Below, piece after piece: positions 21,669 through 33,328 of a stretch of DNA of 64,000 nt. Each line of letters opens with the position of its first letter. Position 1 is the stretch's first letter. Position numbers and translations under genes: made by a program. The notes under the pieces are model-generated. The model was not told the origin of the DNA, searched no databases, and saw only the letters and a list, made by a program, of their open reading frames with translations. Source of the stretch: Neoechinorhynchus agilis (Eukaryota; Animalia; Acanthocephala); NCBI GenBank assembly GCA_051530055.1, contig CM121342.1:9625480-9689479 (forward strand). Reading direction: 5' to 3'.

Positions 21669-24436
21669 TTAATTTGTCTCATTCTCATTTTCCATTAATT
21701 CCACGTTCTCCGCTTGACACATTTCACTTCGTTGCTGCTGATTGCTTCGATCGGCGATTGCTTCAGATATGTTGTGTTGCCGGTCGTAGTTTATGTAATT
21801 GGGAAATATCACTTGCTCACCAGTAACTCCAGAAACAATCGGAATCGGTTGAGGCTGTCGCCGGGTTAACCGGGGTTCGTACATAACGTTCCTGTCCATT
21901 TCTGGGGGTGGAATAAACGAATCATTCGTCGGTTGACTCAACACGTAATCCATACGACCATTAGGGTATTGTCCGCCTTTAAAATAAAAAATAAATGCTT
22001 CTAAAACCTATGGTTTAAAAAATTTGGGTATTAAGAAAACATGTGAGGTTTAGAGAATAAATATTTTACAGCAAAAATCACTTTTAATAACTAACAAACT
22101 GATCGCAGAACGTCTTTAATCGAATGAAATATTTATCGGGTGAAGATTTCTAAATAACACAATTCTAATCATATCGAGAGAAAATGGTAAATTTTGACTT
22201 GTGGTGAAGATAATCACCCGGCTAAAAATCATTTTATTGTAACAAACCTTACTTTTATTTTTCTCTCGAAATATTTCATTGCAATAAAATGATTTCTAAC
22301 CGGGTGATTATCTTCATCAGAAGTCAAAGCAATAATTCTCTAATCACATAATCCACGGATTGTCCTCACATATCGAAATGAGGATATAATTTTCTGTTAG
22401 TTTATGGCGGTGAAAAATTGAAGGAATTTTATTGAATCCAATACTCGGCACAATCTCGTGCCTTCCTAACAACTTTGATAAAAGCGTACAAGATTATGGC
22501 TTCAAAATATTGGATTCAATAAAATTCCTTCAATTTTTCACCGCCATAAACAAACATAGCATAATTTTCCGTCCAAGTTTTCGAAAATGTACACTTTGGA
22601 CAGGACTATTTTAATGATAAAAATTTTATTTCTGAGCTTTCGCCGTCAATCATGCGACTGGAATATCAAGTAGTATAATTATCTCGGTGTAAAAACAATC
22701 CGAAGAAAGATGACAAACAACATTGTTGTTGAGCTCATTATGCAGAACCAATGACGGATTTTCAAAATGTTGGCTTCTTTAAAAGGAACGGCATTATCAA
22801 AACGCCAATATTTAAGAACTAATACAAATAAACGCATCACAAAAAATTATCAGTCCAAAAACATGAGATTTCCTAGCTAACCGATAAAGTTTATTCCGCT
22901 AATGTACTGCTGACTGTTTGGATTTGCATTTTGGTGAACAGTTGAGATTGGATTATCGTATTGATTGATGGGAGGAAGTGGTAGTGGTAATGCCATTTGT
23001 GAAGAGTTAACTGTAAACAGGTCTGACGATGCTTGAGGTGCGTAGATGGAACAAATCCCAAGACCGAATAAATGACCACTGTATTTCACTTCGTCTATGT
23101 GGTCCTCAAAGAACATTTCTCTGATCTTAAAGAAGACTTGACCTGTAAGAAGACTGTCACTTCCTGCCTGATGTGATGGTCCAATTCGAGGAATGTCGAG
23201 TTGTTTTGCGATTTCTTCAAGTCCTCCCTTCAGGTTCTTACAACTTCGCATCAAATACTTTACGTCATAGCTGAGAAGTTCACTCAAGGTTTTTAACTTG
23301 AAAATGAGCTTAATATGGGTAAGAGAGATCCGAAGGGGTTTAGTAATAGTGCTTTGAAATTGTAAAAAATATTATTTTAATGAGGATTGCATCCGGGTCG
23401 TTAGATATTTTATTATTTTGCGGTCGCTTATGAGCACATTTGAGAGGCATCATTAAAAGCGACCAATCAATATCAATTCTATTTTGTAATTTACTAGAAG
23501 ACGAACTAACAACAGAGTTGATAAAATGACTGACACAATTAGTCGACTTTAATATATAATCGCTTTTTCAGTGATTCCTCCTCTCAGGGGGGTTCATAAG
23601 CGACCTAAATAATAACATAAAAATATTAGCTTATTTGCGTGAACTCCTGCATTAAATATTTGGGAAAACAATTTTCACCATTTCAAAGAATTCACGTTCA
23701 GTATCAGGAAGTGATCGATTTGTGAGCACTTTGAGTAGGTATCCAAAATCGTAGCCACTGAATGTAACAATAAAAAACAATCGTAATATGAAGAACAATT
23801 GGTTACCTGTGGAATGACAGAAACGTTACGTTTTCCAATAAAACCACTCCTGAACTAATCATAAGTTCAGCGAATTCAAAAGGCTCAATTCCGTCAATTT
23901 CTTGCTTTTCAAAATTTATGCCAGCTTGATCTAGAAGTTTCATTGAATCAGCCGCAGACATGTCTGCCCTATAGTTCAAAACGTTTAAAATCGTTTTTTT
24001 ATGGAAACATTCAAAGTGCTTACTCTCGTCGAAATTTAAAATGAAACTGGAAGGTTGTGTAGTCAGGATCAGCTCGTCCTTTTTCATCAAAAAAACTGAG
24101 ACCGAGCTGTATAACCTTGAGAATATCTACGTTTACTTTAAGTGCCTGGTAATGGTACTCGGCCATACTAAGAAAATGGCCTAACGGTCGAGCGACAACT
24201 CCTGGAAATTCGGTATCCTATTTGAGAAGTAAATTTACGATTAATTGTATAAATATAAAACGACTTACCATAGCGACAAAATTATAGGTCCTAGCGAGTT
24301 CTCTAATTTTGATGAACGATTCGTATAGATTATTGCGCCAAACATCGATGATTGTGTATCTCGCAAGTTTTTCCAATTGCTTTTGCGGTATTCCACGATG
24401 ATGTTGGTGATAGGGATTATAATTTTGATGGCGCAT
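21669..24436 (-). CDS. CNOT7: CCR4-NOT deadenylase CAF1 (CNOT7/8) with C-terminal extension, 6 exons
   Basis: IDVW..N, VAM|[39 protein letters not shown]|[18 protein letters not shown]. The last exon (21976-21669) joins through a phase-1 GT-AG intron 22881-21977. Confidence 0.93.
22193..22328. repeat. Imperfect palindrome, MITE-like, in the last CAF1 intron
   Basis: About 50-bp arms (TTTGACTT..GGTGAAGATAATCACCCGG...). Shares terminal and CGAAATATTTC motifs with 12998-13157. Confidence 0.8.
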
Positions 24437-24487
24437 CTTAAAGGTTGGATTGTAAAAAAAAGAAAAAAAATCGAGAAGTTTTTCGTT

Positions 24488-26512
24488 TTAATGTACCGGA
24501 ATGGATGCACACGAGGTTAACGCTTTAAGAAGTGTCGCTGGTAAATGGTCAGAAAGCATGTAAGGTCGAACGTAAATCTCGTTAAAATACTCCCTATCAC
24601 GTCTTTTCGCAATGAACTTATTTGATTCATTGGCTTGTTCTCTGCAAATATGAAATATAATTCCAGGCAAGTGAACACGGTCATTCAAAGGAACTTCAAT
24701 TGAAATCGACGTAGGATACGCATTTGTCCGATTCTCAGCTGCTTCACTTAAACGTTCATAAGTGCCACCACATCCATCTTCACTGTGAAATGTGCCAAGA
24801 CGGAAAAAATCGAGAAAAATGCGGTATTTCGGCCGAGGACAATCACTGAGAGCGTCAACTAAGCGTTCATGAAGCAATTTAATGCTGTCAACGCTTAGAC
24901 GAGAAACGATGTCGTCCGCGAGGACAATTGAGATCACAAAATCACGACATGCATCGGCCAAATTCGCTGAAATGGATTTCGGCGCTGCAAACGCATAACA
25001 TTTTGCCTCGATCTTTAGCTCAGAACTTCTTAGCATCATTGTCAAGATCACAGCAGCACCAGCACCAAGTGAGTGTCCACAAATAACAAATTGATATTCT
25101 GGATATTTTGTTATGGCTTTCTGAAGAAGACCTTTCTTTAGTTCTTTAAAAATAGTCATTGCGGTTTCATGCATTCCATGATGACAATGACCTTCAATGT
25201 TTTCAAACACGAATGAGTGAGATTCGACGGAGAGATCAGTGAGTATATCACTGACGGACATTGTTCCTCGAATAGCAAGAACGAGTGATCGAAACTCGTG
25301 ATCTGCACTGAGGGAAAATGGCGCCCTGAACACTGAATTGCTTAGATCGAAATGAAGAATATCGCATTGAGCACAAGGGACAAGTTCTTTAAATGCGTTA
25401 ATGTCTAACAATCGAACTTGTTGACTTTTGTCGTATTTGCGGCTAGCTAAAGTTTTTAAAAGAACCTGTGCATTCTCAAATGTAGATGATGGTCCTGATA
25501 GGTACATCATCATGGGCCACGAGTAGACGGCAAGAGAATGTTTGTAGTAATACAGAATATTGGCAATTTCAAAGTCACTAAAATCGGAGCGATCATTCGG
25601 TAAAAGATCTTGACGACTCCTGTCAAGTCCACTTAATAGCAAAAGTCCAGCAATAACATCAGATACAACCAAATTGTAAGCACCATATACACTGGCCAAT
25701 GCATTTGCTGCCGGAAATTGTGACGAGGTTTTCGGACGGGAAAAGAGACTTAGTTGTTGTTTTTTCCCGATATTTCACTCGTCAAATAATTCCGACTTTT
25801 CCCAATTTACGACGGACGTACGATTTTAGTTTGAAAATCCATTTTAAAGCTGAGAAATCGCCACAACTTCCGTTCATACATTATCGAACACAGTAGCATG
25901 TTTCGTAGTTTGAATTGATTGGCAATTGCCACTTATACAGAACAATATCCATAAACGCATTTTCCATATTTTGTTCATACAATGAAGTCGTTTACTTTGA
26001 GGACTCCAAGAACTCGGATCAAATGCAATAATAAGAAAGGCGAATAGCAATGCTAGAATAATAGTATCGATAATGAGAGCAATGATTAACGGTACGGATG
26101 ATTTGGACGACGCCGATGACGATGATTTCATACGACTATAGATAACAAAAAACGTGATTGTGATTGAAATTTGAGCGATTGATAAAATCAGTCGGTACGT
26201 AAAGACGTGTTCGGCGTAAGTTCGTTTCTGGCATTCAAGTACTCCTCCACGAAGCGAAAACATTGCTGAAAGTATTAATAGAAAAAGGATTATGAATTGA
26301 TTTAAAATGAACACTGCTGCTATGATTGAATGGTAGCCAACGTTTCTTGGACGGTTTCCATCAATCTCAGGCGCCGCCGTGGTCATCATCAATGACAAGA
26401 TTACATATACAATCAAATTGAACATTCGGAGCATCGATTCGAGGGTCGTTATAATCAAAAGATCATCTGACGCAAAATTCCATTTCTTTCCCAATATACG
26501 AATCATCGGCAT
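24488..26512 (-). CDS. DAGL: Diacylglycerol lipase (4 TM segments plus lipase-3 domain), about 618 aa, 2 exons
   Basis: MPMIRILGKKWNFASDDL matches the DAGL N-terminus; LVVSDVIAGL, IRGTMS..D.LTD, GHSLGAG, DDIVSRLS, SDHLP. No long C-terminal tail (beta-like). Confidence 0.93.
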
Positions 26513-27332
26513 TTTGATCTAAATATTCCGAGTTCTTTTTATCAAAACGAAGATATCTTCTGCAAAAATTATGAATTGTGTTTTATACCCGCCTCAGGTA
26601 GAAAAAATTATTGATTTATTTTTTGCGACTTGAAGCCGAAAAAGAATGTGGACACAGGCAAAAACAAACCAGTTTTAATGACACGATTTGTTTGGTGAAA
26701 AATTGAAGCAAAATTCATTAAGAACGGCAGTAGCTCCGAAATATCGGATTTAATGAATTTTGTACACAAAAAACATGGATTTTTGATTTTAGATTTTTTG
26801 TGAAATAAACAACCACAAAATCAATAAGAACGATCAATTTCGCGTATCAAAAAAACCAATAAGCGCAAATACGCAATGACGTATTCGATAATTCCACGGA
26901 AGAAAGCGGTTTAATGTGAATTTGTCGGGATTATCTCTTGGGTTTTACAGTCTCGTTAATTTACATGGAATATTCGACTAACGAGAGCGATAATTCTTGA
27001 CCGTTGGTCGTTTTTGATATTTTTCAAATTTCGCGAAAAAAAGGACGACAAATTAAGTTTTTTTAGACTTTCTATTACAAAAATCGATCTAATGGATCTC
27101 ACTCCCAGCATAATCGTTCAATTGCCGCAGATTTTGCCCCTAATTTTTTTTAAAATGAACTCATTGTTCAGCAACGCGGTTTCAACCCGAAATATGATTT
27201 TTTCACAAAAATTTGATTATAAAATGGATGGATTGTATGGCGAGAAATGGGTTTTTGGACTTACTTGAAGGTGTCTATTGGAATTGTCTCTGATGAAATT
27301 TGCATTTTCATCTAGAAATACACATGAATGCT

Positions 27333-27548
27333 TTAGAAATATTGAAGATCGATTTGTTTGTGTGAGTTCTTTATCGCAAATTCTTGAGGAGTGGGAGACT
27401 TGTTTTTTTTTGGCAAAGATCGTGTTTTCGATGCGTACACATAAAAGACTTTCCGTGTGATATTTGAGGGCGAGTCTTCTATTGATGAGCTATTGTTAAA
27501 TATTAATAAAAAAATAAAGATTTTTAATCTTATCAGCCCATTATTCAA
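27333..27548 (-). CDS. Possible first exon of a small secreted protein
   Basis: Hydrophobic signal-like N-terminus (LKIFIFLLIFNNSSS) and downstream AG/GT-bounded open segments. No recognisable family. Confidence 0.25.
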   Translation of the reverse strand: MNNGLIRLKIFIFLLIFNNSSSIEDSPSNITRKVFYVYASKTRSLPKKNKSPTPQEFAIKNSHKQIDLQYF

Positions 27549-28168
27549 TTAGTCAAATATATTTTTTATTTGTGCAACGACCCACATAATTTATAAAAAT
27601 ATTAGATTCTTTTAATGTTACCATTGATATAAAAAAAGTTCAATAAACTAAAAAAAGTTTACTTGAGATATTTTTGTGAAAAAATGAAATTATTTTACAA
27701 GCCGAACAATCATGACGACAGTTGCAGAATTGGACGAAAAGGAGAAATTTGTGAACGAAAAGAAAGAACTTTATTCTTTTAAAAAAAATTTTTTCTTTGT
27801 GAACCAAAAAAATTGTCGATCCGTACATTTTAACTTTTTTCGGCGACTGTTACAATCAAAGAAAATTAATCGTTTAATATTAATTAAAACAATAAAGTAA
27901 TCTTATTAGCGAAAATGATGCGTTTTTTTCATCCGCAATATAAAAATAGTCGATCTTTAAAAATAAAAAAAATCGGTCAGAAAAAAGGTGATTTTAAATA
28001 TTTTTTATTTGTGCGACGACCTATATTTTTTAAAAACAATTACATAATTTATAAAATAAATATAAGTTTATAATGACTTACTTAAAACTTTAGATTTCAA
28101 GTCCCTACTCGTTTCTAGGTGACCAGCCTATGACAAGTCGATAATTATTTGATGGTATTTGGAACAGG

Positions 28169-28459
28169 ATGCCCACTAGAGCAAAGTACAACAGCCGCGT
28201 TCTTAGTCTCGACATTCGCCAGTTGACTAAACCGCTCACTGTGACCGAGAAGGCTCCGAAAGGTTCACATAAACCGACCTGCGGTTGTCCCAGAAAATTT
28301 AATCCTGCAATTCTAAAGGACGCTTTTGATTTCTTGAAAAAGCAAAAACTCGGAGGTTCTCAAGTTGCTATTGGTGTTTGTGGATTGCTCTTGTGCTTTT
28401 TACTTGTAGAACTTTATAATTCTTATAATGACATAAAATTTATTAACATTATGAAATAA
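28169..28459 (+). CDS. Small protein with a C-terminal hydrophobic segment (tail-anchored-like)
   Basis: 96-aa ORF: basic N-terminus, then VAIGVCGLLLCFLLVELY. AG 1 nt before the ATG; higher GC than the flanks. Confidence 0.4.
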   Translation: MPTRAKYNSRVLSLDIRQLTKPLTVTEKAPKGSHKPTCGCPRKFNPAILKDAFDFLKKQKLGGSQVAIGVCGLLLCFLLVELYNSYNDIKFINIMK

Positions 28460-30268
28460 AAAATTGTGATTTGTTTTGCAACTTTGGGGAATTGTACACA
28501 AAACCACATCTTTCAATTTTAAACTTTGCGGTAGCATTTAGCTATTTTCTTGTAGAATTCCTTTGAAATGGCCGAGACAGATTAATTTCATTAACAGTCT
28601 ATATTTTGCTCTTTTTAGACTCTTCGTATTTCAAAATACTTTATTTTTTTTGCTGAAAATCTAAAGAACTTTAAACGCAATGTTAGATTAGTCAAAGGAA
28701 TACTTTTAATTTAACGATATTTTCTGTCTATATTTATCGCATCTAACCATACCATTTAAATAGAATATTGATTCTAAACGCTATTTTTGAATCTGATTTT
28801 AATTATGATAAAAAAACAACATTTGAGTATTTAGCTGCTCTACTTTTAAGGAGCAGTCGCTCGTTAAATTATTTGATTTCAATCTTGTTAATTCCAGGCA
28901 AATTTAAAAATTCGTTTTAATGAACGAAGCGGTATTTGTGGGAATTAAGTCCAAGTTGAAATTTAGATGCTAGTTGAAACTGCTTTAGAGTTTCAAATTT
29001 TGCGCATTTAACGATTTAATGTAGCCATTTAAAAAAGCAATTTTCACTTTTGAATTTAAGTCATAAATGTAGGTTTTAAAAAATTAACGAAGTATTTTAT
29101 GTTCAATACTTCGAAACGTACATAGGCAAAAATTACAGAAAAGAAGATATATAAAGTGTTACTCATAAATATGTTTTCGAAAAACTAAAAACTATGGCGC
29201 TCAGTGAGATGCTTTTTTTAGCACGACGAACAAGACTTGAAGTTTCGATTTATCTGCACACCACGACAGCAAACCAAACGATAACATTAGGGGATAAGTT
29301 ATACTTGAATATTTTTATCATAAAATATATTTTATATTACGAACATTTTAGACAGTCTGATTAATAGAACGCACTAGTCTACCAGCCTTGTTATATTCCA
29401 GGATGAACTTCTGGAACACATGAACGGCACTTTCTGTAATCCAAACATCTTGAGAATTGTAAAAAACAAATAAAAACAAGAGTTGTTGTGGACCGTAGTT
29501 ACCGCCTTGTTTGCCTACAAAATTATTTCAAAAACGTGAGTGTCCCAGACGTTTCTCTTGATGTAAAAGAAAAAATTGAACCTTTGAATCAACAGTGATT
29601 GCATTATGTTGGTAGACTCGAACAAAATGGCATGGTTGCATAACGCTGATTTCCATATTCGCTTCATTATGTGCCATAGACGACGGGAAAGTTCTACAAA
29701 ATACTTACAAAGCCATTTTGAGGGTTGTTTGGATAGTCTGAAAAGATTGTGCTCGCTGTGACTTATAATTCTGAATTTAAAGTTCAATTACACTTTAAAA
29801 TAAGTTCACTTTATATCCTCATGTCGATATGTGAGGACATTCCGTGGAGTATATGATTGGAGAATTATTGTTTAGAAGTCTCCATGCCGTAAATACACAC
29901 CGTGGTTCATCATCAGTTTGTTAGTTATTAAAAGACACACAAAAACAAATTAATGGTGAACCCGACGAGGCTCGTAGAACGTCTTTAATAAAAAATTATT
30001 TACCGGGTAAAGACCTGAATAAATCCTCAGTACATTCGCTCTTTTAAACGACTCCCTCATTTCCGTTGCAGTTTCTTCGACTTGTGGTATAGTTCATTCG
30101 TACCCCTCCCACCGCCAATGATAGTATGAGACAATAATGAACTAAATAACCTTACTAAAATTGAAAATATTTATAAATTCATCGTTGAACGAAACTGGTA
30201 CCGGTTTTTGCTTAGTCTCTTTGGAGTAACGTGGAAATTGTCAAAAAAGTACCAGTAGTTTCACTAAT

Positions 30269-31078
30269 CTGGTAAAGGATTAATAACAAATAACATTTAT
30301 TCCGATTTTAATTTGTGATCCATGTCTAAATGGTATTTTAAATTTACAATCAGTCCTTTAAATCGTTCATTGAAATATTGAAATAAACACGGCTTAACTA
30401 TTTTGCCCGCCCTATGGAATTTCGCTTATTCTGGTAAAGGATTAATAACAAATAACATTTATTCCGATTTTAATTTGTGATCCATGTCTAAATGGTATTT
30501 TAAATTTACAATCAGTCCTTTAAATCGTTCATTGAAATATTGAAATAAACACGGCTTAACTATTTTGCCCGCCCTATGGAATTTCGCTTATTCTGGTGAA
30601 GGATTAATAACAAATAACATTTATTCCGATTTTAATTTGTAATCCATGTTTAAATGGTATTTTAAATTTACAATCAGTCTTTTAAATCGTTCATTGAAAT
30701 ATTGAAATAAACACGGCTTAACTATTTTGCCCGCCCTATGGAATTTCGCTTATTCTGGTGAAGGATTAATAACAAATAACATTTATTCCGATTTTAATTT
30801 GTAATCCATGTTTAAATGGTATTTTAAATTTACAATCAGTCCTTTAAATCGTTCATTGAAATATTGAAATAAACACGGCTTAACTATTTTGCCCGCCCTA
30901 TGGAATTTCGCTTATTCTGGTGAAGGATTAATAACAAATAACATTTATTCCGATTTTAATTTGTGATCCATGTTTAAATGGTATTTTAAATTTACAATCA
31001 GTCTTTTAAATCGTTCATTGAAATATTGAAATAAACACGGCTTAACTATTTTGCCCGCCCTATGGAATTTCGCTTATT
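30269..31078. repeat. Tandem satellite, 5 x 162 bp
   Basis: Units start at 30269, 30431, 30593, 30755 and 30917, with only a few substitutions. Confidence 0.97.
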
Positions 31079-31844
31079 ATTAAAGAATTTAAATTAATTA
31101 AGAGCACATACCATTTTAAACAATAAAGGTTTAGAATACAACAGAAAAGGTAGAGGCTGAAAATATTAAGTCTTTTTTAGCCTTAATTCTAAAACACAAT
31201 CGAAAGCGAATTATATCAAAAATTCTGCTTGCATTCAAGTTCGTCGCGAGGAAAAACATAACAACATTTTTAGGTTAAAATGTCAATACATATTCCTGGC
31301 AAATGAGTGTCTATTAAGAGATAATTTTATTTACGAATATCGCCACCCTAAATGTAAAATCGCATGACCACAATCGTCATTGAAGCGAGTGTTAATTCTC
31401 TGCAGAAATTCATCTTTAAATGTAGAAACTGGGAACTTTGATAAGAATTTCTAGTGGAATTTTCGTACAAAACCTTGGATGCAAAATGAGCAAAGTGCTT
31501 TCAGTATTAGATAAGGTATAAAGGAGGATTGAACTTTTTACTAAAGAAATGCTAAAAGATCGAATGCTTGAAAGCTGCGTTTTTAGTAAAACGGTCGACG
31601 CAAATGAAACCCTGTCATTTTCTGTTTTTCGTGACTCCTTTTGAGAAGTTGAGATCTTTTGCTCATTTCTCGAAACTAAACTCTATAAAAGCTGCAAAAA
31701 ATGGAACTTTTACAGTCACGAACTCCACTTCAAGCTTTGAATTTCATCAAAGAAGCCAGGAGGTCATTGGTATGAAATCATAAAATTGCAATAGCAAAGT
31801 CTTTTTATAACATTTTCCTAAATAAATTTAAAAATACATTTTAG

Positions 31845-32976
31845 GCTCAATGTTCATCAGCGTATTCATGGTTGCCTGGATTACGAGATTATACTTTATT
31901 CCACAATGCACCTCCAAGTGAAGGAAAACCGATAGTTCCTCAGGTCCCTGCTGATGATTTTGTTTTTATAAAAGATGAAGAAAGTGAAACGCAGTCATCG
32001 AATGTTCAAAATGGACCTTTTCATATGGTTATTGTGCTATGTAAGATCTGGTAAAATTATTCTACTCGAATAAGTATTTAGAATTTTAGTTCTTATTTTA
32101 TTGTACCTTATAATCCTGGTAGGATTGCCGATTCTCATGATTGTATCAGGTATTTATTATGACTCAACAAAAATTAAATCTTCTATTTGTGTTCAAAGGT
32201 TCTTTGTTTCTAAACCAATGTCCAATAAGTCGATCAATTCCACGTTGGCTGATTATATTTGGATCCGGTGTACTTTTGTTTAATATCCACGGAGTCAGCG
32301 TTAGATGTTACGAGAGGTAGTTGCGTTTTCTTTTCAAAGATAAAGGTGAAATAATCAATTTTTGCATTGAGGACGAGGTCTCAAAATGCCCACGAATTCA
32401 GGACGAAGCCATTTCATCATGCCTTCGGATTTGTACTCATATTCAGTCTATTCTTAATCTTTATTCAAGGTTCGTTTATTCGGGTATTTCATTTATTGGC
32501 TAGAAGGGTGATTGAAAAGATGAGTTGAAGGAAAAAAGCGAGAAGCATCGATTGAACGATTTTTTAATGCTCGGAGGGTGTTTGAGGTCGTCTTTTGTCG
32601 CTCGATTTTAAAACCGAAGAGATTGAGCCAAATTAATGCACCAGCGGACGATGTTGAATAATCATCGGTGTTCAATTCGAAAAAATCTACTTTTGAAACT
32701 TTTCTCTAAATTCTCAATTCGATTTCATCAATCTTGTATTTAGGGACGGTTGTGATTTATTCTCGAATCAGAAACGTTTTACACAATGATCCACTTTCGG
32801 ACCGATATTGTCACAAACTTCCGTTCCATTTAATGCTCACAATCGTTTCGACTGTCTATGGTTTCCTTTCTCTCAGTTGTTGTCTTTTTTGTGTTGGAAC
32901 TTGCATTGCTGGTTTAATTACTTCACGGCAAAAAAACAAAAGTGGATCTGGAAATGTAAACTACGCCGAATGTTGA
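31845..32976 (+). pseudogene. TMEM272: TMEM272-like gene, left copy lacking the first coding exon
   Basis: Exons 31845-32040, 32090-32149, 32199-32316, 32372-32469 and 32744-32976 (all GT-AG) give LPILMIVSGSLFLNQCPISRSIPRWLIIFG and FIQGTVVIYS...YCHKLPFHL, matching TMEM272 family motifs. No counterpart of exon 60681-60511. Confidence 0.65.
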
Positions 32977-33328
32977 TCGAATTTACGCAATTAACGACGA
33001 AATGATTTGTTGAACGTAATTTTGATTGATATAAAAAAATAGTTTTTATAATTATATAATTATTTTCGGATGTCGCTAAGCCCATGACGAAAAAAGCAAC
33101 TTCGATCTCCCTCATTTCCACGTCAATGTATCAAAATCCAAAATTCCCTCTCATCCTTCCTAAACTAGATGAAATATCACTCATTTCATCCAGAAACATG
33201 ACTTACCTCAAACAACAGCAATATACCAGTTCAAGTAAAGGTTCTATCGAACGCATTGAACCGATTAAATGTTGATAAAATAGATGTTCGGTCATACGAT
33301 GACGTGCTAACTTCAGCTTGGAGCTTTT

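Noticed and set aside
30269-31078. Tandem array as a CRISPR or an active retrozyme array
   Set aside because: There are no unique spacers or cas genes, the context is eukaryotic, and the hammerhead core bases are absent.
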